Shown: piece after piece, positions 47,293-57,007 of the stretch
How the letters are laid out: each line of letters opens with the position of its first letter
Position numbering within the stretch: the first letter of the stretch is position 1
Assembly (NCBI GenBank): GCA_038897035.1
Contig: JAWAXF010000003.1
Location: 64 to 64,063 of the forward strand
Direction: 5' to 3'
From: Candidatus Bathyarchaeia archaeon
GTDB lineage: Archaea; Thermoproteota; Bathyarchaeia; Bathyarchaeales; DTEX01
DNA length: 64,000 nt
Translations under genes and position numbers: made by a program
The notes under the pieces: model-generated
What the model saw: the letters and a program-made list of their open reading frames with translations, nothing else
Databases searched by the model: none
What the model was told of the DNA's origin: nothing

Positions 47293-48351
47293 TTACGTTG
47301 GATCTCTGTAGCTGTCATAATTTTTTCTTCGCCTTTCTCGCCATCTCGGAATGGCTTCAGGATTTACTATATGCCTAGGTATCCTGCCTCTTAATATTCT
47401 TAGGCAATTTTTTACGGCTAATTTTTCGCCCTCAATTATTGATGTGCTGTTTCGGCCTGCTATGTGGGGTGTTAATATGACGTTTTCCATTTTTAGGAGG
47501 GGGTTGTCTGTTGTTATGGGTTCTTTTTCAACTACGTCTAGGGCGGCGCCGGCTATCATGCCATTTTTTAGGGCGTTTATGAAGGCTTTCTCGTCTATGA
47601 TTGCTCCCCTTGCGGTATTAACTATGTATGCTGTCTTTTTCATTGTGGCTAGCTCTTTGAACCCGATCATGTGGTAGGTCTCCTCTGTTAGGGGGGCGTG
47701 AATTGTGACGAAGTCCGACTCCCTTAGCAAGGTCTCTAGATTTGTTGGTTTTACTCCTATGCGCCTTAATCTTTCTTCTGGGATGTATGGATCGTAGCCT
47801 AATATTCTCACCTGGAAGGGGCGTAGAAGCTTTGCAACCCTGGATCCTATCCTTCCAAGCCCAATTATCCCAACAGTCTTACCAGCTAAAACAATCGTAT
47901 CCACACGCTCATCAAAATACGCGGACGGCCCCTCTTTCGCCATAATCTCTGGAATTATTCTCAATTTTTTAGCCAAGGCAAGAATCAAAGCTACCGTATG
48001 CTCGGCCACGCTTATGATGTTTTCTTTAACGGGAGCATTTGCAATTAATATTCCTAGCTCAGATGCTGCCTTAATGTCAATCTTATCAACACCTATTCCA
48101 CTATTACAAACGCAAATAAGACTTTTCATCGACTTCAAAGCCCTTGCGGTTAACGTCAACCCTGGAGAGCCTAAAATGGCATGCACATCTCTACATCTTC
48201 TAATAATTTCATCTTCAGCATACCTATTTCCTCTACTCACAATTGGGGGTGCTGGTTCCGCGCCAAAGATCAACTCAAATCCCTCATCTCTTAGTGGCTT
48301 ATATATTTCCGGAATATTCATGGGAAAGGCTATGAAGACACGTTTTTGCAT
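47293..48351 (-). CDS. D-isomer-specific 2-hydroxyacid dehydrogenase (phosphoglycerate dehydrogenase-like)
   Basis: Carries the NAD motif GKTVGIIGLGRIGSRVAKLL, then NTARGAIIDEKA, then TPHIAG. Confidence 0.8.
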   Translation of the reverse strand: MQKRVFIAFPMNIPEIYKPLRDEGFELIFGAEPAPPIVSRGNRYAEDEIIRRCRDVHAILGSPGLTLTARALKSMKSLICVCNSGIGVDKIDIKAASELGILIANAPVKENIISVAEHTVALILALAKKLRIIPEIMAKEGPSAYFDERVDTIVLAGKTVGIIGLGRIGSRVAKLLRPFQVRILGYDPYIPEERLRRIGVKPTNLETLLRESDFVTIHAPLTEETYHMIGFKELATMKKTAYIVNTARGAIIDEKAFINALKNGMIAGAALDVVEKEPITTDNPLLKMENVILTPHIAGRNSTSIIEGEKLAVKNCLRILRGRIPRHIVNPEAIPRWRERRRKNYDSYRDPT

Positions 48352-48479
48352 TGAATCATACCTCTCTAAGTAGAGTAATCTTACTAATTATAACTAATTT
48401 ATAAATTTAAGTGAAGACCGGTCAAATAATAATGAAGGGGTATCATTGGAGATTTTTGGTTTAATAGAGTAATACTTTA

Positions 48480-49010
48480 ATGCATGCTGAGAGAATTTAC
48501 TTCCGGATGAAGGAGCTTAAAGTAATTAATGCTAAGTTGCATCTTTTGGGTGATGAGGATATCGAGGCGATAGTTAAGATAGAGATACATCCCGCTGTCA
48601 GAAGATGGCTTCCAGGTTATGTTAGTGATGATTTTAATAGGGAGCTTAGGGAGTATAGAAAATTCTTCCATGATCTCCAGAACAATGAGAGAACTGAGGT
48701 TTTGGTTGCTAAAATTGATGGGCGCGTCGTCGGCTTCCTCGCCCTATGGCGTATGGACGAGTATACGAGAAGTATAGGTGTGAGCGTTCATCCAGAATAT
48801 TGGGGAAGAGGAATCGCAACGGCGCTCATCAAGGAATCCATAGAGATTGCTAGGAAAATGGGTGTTAAGAAAGTTGTGATTGAGACTTTAGCGGAGAATG
48901 GAGCTATGAGACATGTAGCTGAAAAACTTGGCTTTAAATTGGAGTCTATTAGAAAGATTTTTGTAAGCGGGTCTTCTTATAATGAGTATGTATACTCGCT
49001 GCAGCTTTGA
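48480..49010 (+). CDS. GNAT-family N-acetyltransferase
   Basis: The acetyl-CoA motif is VHPEYWGRGIATALIKESIEIARKMG (Q/RxxGxG/A). The start may be the ATG at 48507. Confidence 0.7.
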   Translation: MHAERIYFRMKELKVINAKLHLLGDEDIEAIVKIEIHPAVRRWLPGYVSDDFNRELREYRKFFHDLQNNERTEVLVAKIDGRVVGFLALWRMDEYTRSIGVSVHPEYWGRGIATALIKESIEIARKMGVKKVVIETLAENGAMRHVAEKLGFKLESIRKIFVSGSSYNEYVYSLQL

Positions 49011-49110
49011 TGATCAAAAATATTGATAGAAAGCTTTAAATATCTGGATAGTCGTAGATACACTTTTCTTGTGGCGCCGATGGTGCCACAGGATGCGCGC
49101 GAAATAAAGT

Positions 49111-50223
49111 ATGGGCGAAGACTGGAGGAACATTCTCAAAAATAGTATAACTAGACCAGAACAGATTTTAGAGAGATTTAAGGTCGATATAGAGCCGATT
49201 AAAAAGGTTGCTGAAGTCTATCCAATGTTTGTCTCGAGGTACTATTTTGACCTTATAGAGGAGGTTAATGACCCCATATGGAAGCAGTGTATACCAAGTC
49301 CGCTGGAGCTCCAGGATCTATACGGCTATGAGGATCCATTGAATGAGGAGGGCGATAGTCCGGTACCGGGCTTAGTGCATAGATATCCAGATAGGGTTTT
49401 AATGTGTGTTTCAAATATATGCGCAACGTACTGTAGGTTCTGCACTAGGAAGAGGAGGGTTGGAAAGCCGGTGATAAACTTCTCTGATGAAATCTATTTG
49501 GCGCAAATCAAGTATATTCGAGAGAATCCGCAGATTAGGGATGTCCTCCTTTCTGGTGGAGACCCCTTCATGCTTCCGGATGAAAAGATAGAGTTTCTGC
49601 TGAAGAGTCTCAGGAAGATACCTTATGTTGAGATTCTGAGGATAGGAACTAGAGTTCCCTGCACGCTTCCACAGAGGATCACTCCAAAGCTTTGCCGCAT
49701 GCTTAAGAAGTATCACCCGCTCTACGTAAACGTCCACTTTGAGCACCCACGTGAGATAACTGAGGAGGCTGAGAGGGCATGTGGATTACTTGCGGACGCC
49801 GGCATACCGCTGGGAAACCAGTCCGTCTTACTTAGGGGAGTTAATGATGACCCTGAAACTATGAAGGCTCTATGTCAAAAGCTACTTAAGATCCGCGTTA
49901 AACCATACTATCTATTCCAGATGGACTTGGTGAAGGGGGCCTCCCACTTTAGGACGAGGGTTGAGGTCGGTCTTAAAATAATTGAGTCTCTTATCGGATG
50001 GACCTCAGGGCTAGCTGTGCCGCGCTTCGTTATAGATGCCCCGGGAGGGGGAGGCAAGATACCGCTCCAGCCAAACTATATCATCTCAATAAACGATGAG
50101 GAAGTCATCTTAAGAAATTACGAGGGAAAGATCTTCGTTTACCCGCAGGTGCCAGAGGAGAAAAGCGACGCTGGAATCTTAGCGCCCCTAACAAGGAGAA
50201 GCTCTTGGCAGCATACTAGTTAG
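49111..50223 (+). CDS. kamA: Lysine 2,3-aminomutase family radical SAM enzyme
   Basis: The radical SAM motif is CATYCRFCTRKR, followed by LSGGDPF. Both Asp residues that bind the lysine epsilon-amino group in clostridial LAM appear conserved (FQMDLVKG and VIDAPGGGGKIP). This argues for lysine rather than glutamate as substrate. Confidence 0.85.
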   Translation: MGEDWRNILKNSITRPEQILERFKVDIEPIKKVAEVYPMFVSRYYFDLIEEVNDPIWKQCIPSPLELQDLYGYEDPLNEEGDSPVPGLVHRYPDRVLMCVSNICATYCRFCTRKRRVGKPVINFSDEIYLAQIKYIRENPQIRDVLLSGGDPFMLPDEKIEFLLKSLRKIPYVEILRIGTRVPCTLPQRITPKLCRMLKKYHPLYVNVHFEHPREITEEAERACGLLADAGIPLGNQSVLLRGVNDDPETMKALCQKLLKIRVKPYYLFQMDLVKGASHFRTRVEVGLKIIESLIGWTSGLAVPRFVIDAPGGGGKIPLQPNYIISINDEEVILRNYEGKIFVYPQVPEEKSDAGILAPLTRRSSWQHTS

Positions 50224-50244
50224 GGCCAAGAAGGGCTAACCGCG

Positions 50245-51297
50245 ATGACACTTAGGGTTGGCCTTACATATAACCTTAGGAGAAGGGTGGAAAGCGATAG
50301 TCTGCCAGAGGACTTTTATGTAGAATTCGATGAAGAGGATACTGTTAATGCTATATCTTCGGCCTTGAGGCGGGGCGGATGTAAGGTAATAAGGATTGAG
50401 GCTGATGAGAACGCTTATACTAGGCTGCGCAGGTCCAGACCGGATATAGTCTTCAATATCGCTGAGGGGCTTCGTGGCGAGAGCCGCGAATCACATATCC
50501 CGGCGATGTTGGAGATGCTTGGTATACCATATACTGGCTCAGGCCCCTCAACATTGGCAATGTGCTTAGATAAAGCTTTAACACATAAGGTCTTAAGCGC
50601 CTATGGTGTTCCCTCACCAAAATTCCAGGTCTTTAAGAGGGCTGAAGAGAAGTTAAGTAACGAGTTAGACTTTCCACTTGTGGTTAAACCGCTTTTGGAG
50701 GGCTCGAGTAAGGGAATTAGAAGTAACTCCCTCGTGAAGGATGAGGAGAGCCTTAGAAGGCAAGTTTCATGGATCATTAAGACATATCATCAACCAGCTA
50801 TAGTTGAGGAGTTTATGCCTGGAAGAGAATTTACTGTTGGGCTTATAGGCAATGAGAATCCGGTTGTTCTACCGATTGTCGAGATATGTCTTGATAGGCT
50901 ACCGGGGGGTGCAAGCCCAATATACTCTTATGAGGCAAAGTGGATTTGGGATACGCCGGAGAATACCCTAGAGATATTTAGATGCCCGGCCCCCATCCCC
51001 AAGCAGCTTGAGGAAGAGATAAAGGAAATTGCCATTAAGACTTTTGATGTGCTTGGTTGTAGGGACTTATGCCGCATAGACATGAGGCTGGATGGAGAGG
51101 GGGCACCAAGGGTTTTAGAGGTTAATCCACTGCCGGGGCTAATTCCAGACCCAAATGCCCACTCATGTCTTCCGGAAGCTGCTAGGGCGGCTGGCTTCAC
51201 CTACGATGAATTAATATGCACAATCCTTTGGCAGGCACTAAAGAGATACGGTCTCCATCATCTATTTAAAGGAGAGTCTCTAGTAAAGATACCCTGA
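50245..51297 (+). CDS. ATP-grasp ligase, D-alanine--D-alanine ligase-like, paralog A
   Basis: The Ddl-like layout is: IVFNIAEGLRGESRESHIPAMLEMLGIPYTGSG, then DKALTHKVLSAYGVPSP, then FPLVVKPLLEGSSKGI, then AIVEEFMPGREFTVGLIG, then CRIDMRLDGEGAPRVLEVNPLPGL. Confidence 0.75.
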   Translation: MTLRVGLTYNLRRRVESDSLPEDFYVEFDEEDTVNAISSALRRGGCKVIRIEADENAYTRLRRSRPDIVFNIAEGLRGESRESHIPAMLEMLGIPYTGSGPSTLAMCLDKALTHKVLSAYGVPSPKFQVFKRAEEKLSNELDFPLVVKPLLEGSSKGIRSNSLVKDEESLRRQVSWIIKTYHQPAIVEEFMPGREFTVGLIGNENPVVLPIVEICLDRLPGGASPIYSYEAKWIWDTPENTLEIFRCPAPIPKQLEEEIKEIAIKTFDVLGCRDLCRIDMRLDGEGAPRVLEVNPLPGLIPDPNAHSCLPEAARAAGFTYDELICTILWQALKRYGLHHLFKGESLVKIP

Positions 51298-51321
51298 AGG
51301 GCAAGCAGTCTAACCTATAGC

Positions 51322-52344
51322 CTAGTGTGGTCTCTTATCAGCTCTTGAGAGTGCAAAGTATATTATTCTTTCGATAAATTTCTCAAAGGGTATTTTAGCA
51401 GCCCTTAGTGAGCGCGCAAAACCAGCTTCTGGTGATAGGTCGGGGTTTGGATTAACTTCAAGGACATAAATTATTCCAGTTTCGTCCTGTAGGCGCATAT
51501 CAATCCTGGCGTAATCCCTGCACCCCAGTGCTCTATAGGCCTTAAGCGCGGTCTCCACAACCCTATCTCTTAAATCATTGCTCAATTCCGCTGGGCATAG
51601 AGACTTCGTCCTAGAATATTCATCGCTATCCCTAAGCCACTTTGCTGCATAATCAGCTATTTTTGGCTCCTCCTCAAACTCAAAAATTATCTCTGAGATC
51701 GGTAAGACGATAGGCTCCTCATTGCCTAGAATTGAAACATTAAATTCTCTTCCGCTAATATACTCCTCAACGAGAGCTGGCTGGTTATAAACATCATTTA
51801 TATATTTGACCTGTTTTTCCAGACCTGCAATGTTTTTGACGAAGCTCCGCCGCGATATTCCTATACTGGCGTCCTCCCTTAGGGGCTTAACGATGAGGGG
51901 AAACCTTAACCCCCGTGGGCTCTCATTTTTCTCCATCACTTGATATTTCGGTGTCGGTATGCCGTTGGCTTTAAGAACCGCTTTAGCTAAGCCCTTATCT
52001 TGACATAGTCCAAGGGTTAATGGAGTCGAGCCAGTATATGGTATCCTTAAGATTTCTAGTACGGAGGGAACATGCATTTCCAGGCTGCTCTTGCCCATAA
52101 AGCCCTCAGCCAGGTTCACGATGACGTCTGGTCTATAAACCTTTAGGGCTCTAATAATCTCTTCAATGTCGTCCTTTAGGGGAAACAATTGATAGTGGAG
52201 ACCGAGCTTCGTTAATGCATCTTGGACGGCATTTACTTGATCAAGAATCTCCTCCTCCGCCAGATAGTCTATTTCCTCCCCCCACCTTGGCTTCGCAGGC
52301 AAATTAAATAGTATACCAACCTTAAGCGCCAATTGCCCCGTCAC
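51322..52344 (-). CDS. ATP-grasp ligase, D-alanine--D-alanine ligase-like, paralog B
   Basis: It has the same motif order as paralog A: VIVNLAEGFMGKSSLEMHVPSVLEILRIPYTGS, then FPLIVKPLREDASIGI, then ALVEEYISGREFNVSILG, then ARIDMRLQDETGIIYVLEVNPNPDL. It is convergent with paralog A, with a 24-nt gap. Confidence 0.75.
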   Translation of the reverse strand: MTGQLALKVGILFNLPAKPRWGEEIDYLAEEEILDQVNAVQDALTKLGLHYQLFPLKDDIEEIIRALKVYRPDVIVNLAEGFMGKSSLEMHVPSVLEILRIPYTGSTPLTLGLCQDKGLAKAVLKANGIPTPKYQVMEKNESPRGLRFPLIVKPLREDASIGISRRSFVKNIAGLEKQVKYINDVYNQPALVEEYISGREFNVSILGNEEPIVLPISEIIFEFEEEPKIADYAAKWLRDSDEYSRTKSLCPAELSNDLRDRVVETALKAYRALGCRDYARIDMRLQDETGIIYVLEVNPNPDLSPEAGFARSLRAAKIPFEKFIERIIYFALSRADKRPH

Positions 52345-52497
52345 CTAACTCTAAACTCTACTATCAATACAGCTAACATATAACTTCTCGATAACATCAC
52401 GCTAATGCAGGGCTAAGACTTTATCATTTGATTTGACGCGATTACGGCAAGGAATTGTATTAAATGAAGTGAAGAATCCAGTCCAGCATCTTATTAG

Positions 52498-52966
52498 GTG
52501 GGAATCCCCCTTCTCGCGGCATTCTATCCCAGGGTTGTCTCAGTATTAGATGGGGTTGACGGTGATTTAGCTGAACTCACTTATAGGATCTCGCCTTTCG
52601 GCGGATTTCTGGACGCTATGCTGGATCGCTATGGTGATGCGGCCATCTTGACGGGCATGATATGTTTTTCTCATTGATAGCGAAGGGAACGATATTGCCA
52701 GCATCATCACAGGGCTTGCCGCATTATTTGGTTCGCTGCTCGTAAGTTATAGCGGAGCCCGCGCAAAATCTGACCTAAAATTAACATTTGATAGAGGGTT
52801 CTCCGGTTATGCCGCAAATAGAGATGTCCGCCTCTTCATAATAATGATTGGAGGCTTGCTAAACCAGATCCTCGTGACGCTTGCTATTATCGCAATTTTA
52901 ACAAATCTAAATGTTTTAGCTCGTCTCTGGGATGCTTGGAAAAGTGTTAAGGTAAAGCTGCCTTAG
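52498..52966 (+). pseudogene. CDP-alcohol phosphatidyltransferase family remnant (5'-truncated, frameshifted)
   Basis: LDGVDGDLAELTYRISPFGGFLDAMLDRYGDA matches the family motif DGx2ARx8Gx3Dx3D, with Glu in place of Arg. Only 17 codons precede it, against the 40 or more expected. The frame changes at the T5 run near 52664, after which it reads DSEGNDIASIITGLAALFGSLLVSYSGARAK... Confidence 0.55.
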
Positions 52967-52992
52967 GGATTGTTGTTTGTCGGGATAATCAA

Positions 52993-53274
52993 TTATGGCT
53001 TAATTTCTATTATGATCTTAGATAGGGCTGCCTCGCAAACTTTCCTTATGCCTCTCTTCCCCCTCTTATAGCTCACTCTAATTAATCCGGTCTCCTCAAG
53101 GAGCTGAACCTGCTCACTTACATAAGCCTCGCTTAAACCTAATCTCTCAGCTATTGATGAAACATCTAGACTCTCTTTAGAGAGCAACTGCAGTATTTTT
53201 AAGCTCGTTGATGTTAGAATCTCAGCGATCCTTAAAGCATCCTCACCTCTCACTACAAGCTCATCTGACTGCAA
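52993..53274 (-). CDS. ArsR-family winged-helix transcriptional regulator
   Basis: Carries LRIAEILTSTSLKILQLLSKESLDVSSIAERLGLSEAYVSEQVQLLEETGLIRV. Confidence 0.7.
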   Translation of the reverse strand: MQSDELVVRGEDALRIAEILTSTSLKILQLLSKESLDVSSIAERLGLSEAYVSEQVQLLEETGLIRVSYKRGKRGIRKVCEAALSKIIIEIKP

Positions 53275-53392
53275 ATGATTTTCATCTCCTGCCCTGCTAA
53301 ACCTATCTTAATAGTCACTTGACTATTTTCCATAATATTTCTCTACTGTTAAAAGTATATTTTTATAATGTTTGCTTCTTCTAATAAACCTT

Positions 53393-54865
53393 CTAGCGGA
53401 TCCCGCTGCCCTCGCGGGCGTAAGCGGCGTTCTCCTGAGGTTTATGCTGAGGATGAAACAAAAATGTAGCACGAGCGCTTGAGCATGCCTTTAATAAGCC
53501 CTCAGACTTAAGCTCCCTTATGGTCTCATTAAACTTTTCTATTGTCATCCTGACATCTTCTCTTGTGTGCGCGGTCGATAGAATGAACCTTGGACCCATC
53601 GGATGTAACCCCTATTTATTAAAGCCTTCTCTAAGAGATGCATGGTTCTCCGGCCCTCGCTAAGTTTCCTCCGAAGTTTAATGTAGCTCACGATGTCCGA
53701 GACCTTTAAGTCTTCTGGGCTTACTCCAAAGCCCACATGAACTATTGATGGCGTCGTGCTCCACGCGAGAGTCTCTATCCCGCCGTCCTCGATAACTTCG
53801 TTCAGGCCCCGCTTTAACATATCTCCCTTCCTGTTGATTGCTGGATGAGCTCTCCCCTCAAGTATCATCTTTAGGCATGCATTGCCAGCAGCCGCCGAGA
53901 GTGGATTAGCATTAAACATCCCGTGGTGACTTACACGCCTGGTTTCTCTACGCTCTTCCCTAAACTCTAGGAGGCTCATGTATTCCTCCCCTCCGGCTAT
54001 AGCCCCGCCGGGGTATCCTTCGGAGAGGATCTTGCCGAGCGTTGCCATGTCTGGTATAACGTTGTAGCGCTCCTGAGCCCCGCCCGACGCATCCCTAAAG
54101 CCCGTAACAACCTCATCAAATATTAGGATGACACCATTGTCCCTAGTGACTTCTCTAAGGTTTTTGAGGAAATCCTCTGTGGTTGGTATGATTCCCATGC
54201 GGGCTCCCCCGGGCTCAATTATGACGCATGCTACGTCACCACCCTCAATAGCCTTTTCCACGGACTCTATGTTATTCGGCGGTAGGGCAATTGTGTTTCT
54301 GCATATTTCTGGGGTATGCCGATCGGGTACTCGCCGGCAAGCATAGGCGAATAATTTGGGTTATAGTCAATTACCATGTAATCAAGCCACCCGTGAAAAT
54401 GCGACATAAACTTTATGACCTTTCTCCTCCCGGTATATGCCATTGCTATGCGGATTGCCATCAAATTTGCCTCTGTCCCGGAATTTGTGAACTCAACTAG
54501 GCCCCCATGCGCGCAGGGTACTAGCTGGTAACCTTCTCGGCCCATTCTATTTCAAGCTTGTGTGATGCTCCGTAATGCGTCCCCTTATGTATTTGCCCTA
54601 GGGCGGCTCTAGTGATGGTTGGGTGCGAGTGGCCGAAAATGAGGGCTCCATACCCCATCCAGTAGTCAATATACTCGTTTCCATCGACATCCCACTTCCT
54701 AGACCCCTTGGCCCTAACACAGTATATTGGCATGGGCTCGAAGTACCTTGAATCATGCGTTACGCCCCTGGCGAATACCCTCCTAGCCCTCCTGTAGAGA
54801 TCCATTGACCTTTGATGCTTCTCTATATACTCCACATTCACCCTGCTTAAGGAATCTCCCAACAT
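53393..54865 (-). pseudogene. Class-III PLP aminotransferase (glutamate-1-semialdehyde aminomutase-like) broken into four ORFs
   Basis: The four pieces, in order, are:
- DGNEYIDYWMGYGALIFGHSHP
- FTNSGTEANLMAIRIAMAYTGRRKVIKFMSHFHGW
- ACVIIEPGGARMGIIP...ILIFDEVVTGFR...ATLGKILSEGYPGGAIAG (PLP Lys context)
- ILSTAHTREDVRMTIEKF
Together they make one colinear enzyme with three frame changes, near 54530, 54270 and 53595. Confidence 0.8.
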
Positions 54866-54962
54866 GATCTTCGCTCCCTAGGCAATGAGTAGGCGGCACC
54901 ACTCTCTGATTACTTCACAATCCCTTATAACTCTGTTTTTATGGCGGTGAAGAGATAGATAA

Positions 54963-55556
54963 ATGTGCCCTTTAAGATTTAATCCTATTGGTGGATATTG
55001 TTTGGGGAGGGGAGGTAGACTATTCATTATATTGGGGATTGCTGGCCCTCTGGTAGCCTACGCCTGCATAGGGCTCTCAATCCTTCTTTCATCTTCCTTT
55101 AGCTGGCGAGTCAACGCACTGAGCGATCTCGGCCACGCCCAGAATAGCAATGTTGCGCCAATCTTTAACCTCGGCCTGCTGTTATCCGGCTTCCTAATTG
55201 CCCTGTACTCGGCTAAGTCCCTAATAAACTACGCTAAATACACGGGCATCTCAATCCTCCTCTCAGCCCTGCTATTGCAGGCGGTCGCAACCTTCGACGA
55301 AATCTACGGCAGCATCCACTTTATAGTATCCCTACTATTCTTCGTTTCAGCCGGCATCTCATGCCTAATATGCTCTGTGGAGAGAAGATCTATTCTAGCC
55401 GCGTTGGCCTTCCTTATTGGGCTGCTCTCCTGGGTACTCTGGTGGATGGGCGTGTATGAGGCTGGGGTCGCGGTCCCCGAGATGATATCCGCCCTAGCCA
55501 TCACATCATGCATAATTCACTCGGCAGCAAAGATAATGCACGTAAGTATTGCGTAG
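54963..55556 (+). CDS. Polytopic membrane protein (DUF998-like)
   Basis: 197 aa with about six TM helices. The segment FSWRVNALSDLG resembles the conserved N-terminal loop of DUF998 proteins. Confidence 0.45.
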   Translation: MCPLRFNPIGGYCLGRGGRLFIILGIAGPLVAYACIGLSILLSSSFSWRVNALSDLGHAQNSNVAPIFNLGLLLSGFLIALYSAKSLINYAKYTGISILLSALLLQAVATFDEIYGSIHFIVSLLFFVSAGISCLICSVERRSILAALAFLIGLLSWVLWWMGVYEAGVAVPEMISALAITSCIIHSAAKIMHVSIA

Positions 55557-55632
55557 GTGGCAGCATATTATTGTGGTCTCTCAAATGAGCATTTTCATGG
55601 ATTAATAGGCAATAGAAAAATTTGGTGCTTAG

Positions 55633-55815
55633 TTATTCTTCCTCCTTCTTTTCTTTTTCGCCCTTCACTCCCTTGGCTAGTCCTTTCCCGAGACCCTTTG
55701 TTATTTCAAAACCTTTCTTCAATCCTTTACCAACAACCTCACCAGTCTTCTCAGCAATTTCTTCTGCCTTACCCTTCTCCTCTTTCTTCTTTTCTTTCTC
55801 GCTCAAAACTTCCAC
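55633..55815 (-). CDS. Small Lys/Glu/Gly-rich low-complexity protein (hypothetical)
   Basis: 60-aa ORF with a GTG start. It reads EKEKKKEEKGKAEEIAEKTGEVVGKGLKKGFEITKGLGKGLAKGVKGEKEKKEEE and is encoded by a strongly purine-rich strand. The competing plus-strand ORFs translate as Ser/Pro/Phe-rich nonsense. Confidence 0.35.
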   Translation of the reverse strand: MEVLSEKEKKKEEKGKAEEIAEKTGEVVGKGLKKGFEITKGLGKGLAKGVKGEKEKKEEE

Positions 55816-55981
55816 ACCAGTAAATCCTTGACATAATGGCCCTAATAAGCTTTTCCTAAAGGGCTTATGAAAGAAGTCTGAGCATCCTAACGGGTATAAA
55901 GAAATGTATAAAAGTTCGCAATTATATGGCTTGGAAAATAGATATTTATTTGGCTGAAGATATATTTACTGGTGCCCTATA

Positions 55982-57007
55982 GTGCTTGCTGGGGAGTGGC
56001 TCCCCCTAGATGGGGACACTTTACTGACCGAGGATGGCTTCATATTTAACGTGTTTGGCTACGAGCACCCGGAGGACCGAGTCTTCTCTTTCCTCAAGTA
56101 TATCCCCTCGAATTTCAAAGATCTCTTTAATATCCGCCTACTAGAAAGAAGATGGAAGTTCCATGGCATAGAGCTTCTCCGCGCAGATAAACTTTATACG
56201 GCTAACAACTATAAACTGCTCCTAAGAACCTTTAAAGAGAATTTCCCCAGCTACGTTTACTTTTGCCCTTTTAGGGGCAAGGAGGTTATTAGCGTCCCAA
56301 TCAGCCGCATTAAAACGGTTTTTGTCCCGAGATATTGTTTGCAGGCCCTCCTTAAAAAACCAGGTAAGGATCGTCTTCAGGAGATGGCGGTTGACCTTAT
56401 TATGCTTATTTCGGGCGTCTCTAATGTCCCGGTCGAGGATTTCGGGCTACATGGGTCCATAGCCTTGGACATGCATAGCGGCGAGTCCGACATAGATATT
56501 GTCGTCTATGGTGGGAACAATTTTAGGAGGGTTGAAGCCGCCATAAATAGGCTGGCTGGGGAAGGCTTATTTAGGTATGTGTTCAAGAATAGGTTGGATG
56601 CCTCAAGGAAGTATAGGGTTAGATATGGGGATAGAATCTTCATGTACACAGCCGTTAGGAAGCCAGAGGAGATAAACTTCAGGTATGGCCAATATCGCTA
56701 TGTTCCCATAAAACCCGTCAAATTTATGTGTAGGGTTTGGGGTGATGGCGAAGCAATGTTCCGTCCAGCCACTTATGAAATAAAAGATTACTCCCCACTA
56801 GACTCGGACTCAGAACTTCCAGGAGAAATGGTTCCGAGGAGGGTTGTTTCAATGATTGGATGCTACAGGAACGTTGCGAGGAGGGGCGATAGAATCAGAG
56901 TTTCCGGCTTCCTCGAGAGGGTGGAGGACGCTTTAGGGGGAGGAGCATTCTACCAGGTTGTTGTTGGGACAGCTGAGGGCGGGGACGAGCACATTTGGCC
57001 CCTGTGA
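55982..57007 (+). CDS. Pol-beta-superfamily nucleotidyltransferase-domain protein, tandem paralog 1 (function unknown)
   Basis: The NTase core is [24 protein letters not shown] (hG[GS]x9-13DhD). The N-terminal module is [34 protein letters not shown]. The C-terminal tail is beta-rich ([11 protein letters not shown]). The start is a GTG. Confidence 0.6.
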   Translation: MLAGEWLPLDGDTLLTEDGFIFNVFGYEHPEDRVFSFLKYIPSNFKDLFNIRLLERRWKFHGIELLRADKLYTANNYKLLLRTFKENFPSYVYFCPFRGKEVISVPISRIKTVFVPRYCLQALLKKPGKDRLQEMAVDLIMLISGVSNVPVEDFGLHGSIALDMHSGESDIDIVVYGGNNFRRVEAAINRLAGEGLFRYVFKNRLDASRKYRVRYGDRIFMYTAVRKPEEINFRYGQYRYVPIKPVKFMCRVWGDGEAMFRPATYEIKDYSPLDSDSELPGEMVPRRVVSMIGCYRNVARRGDRIRVSGFLERVEDALGGGAFYQVVVGTAEGGDEHIWPL

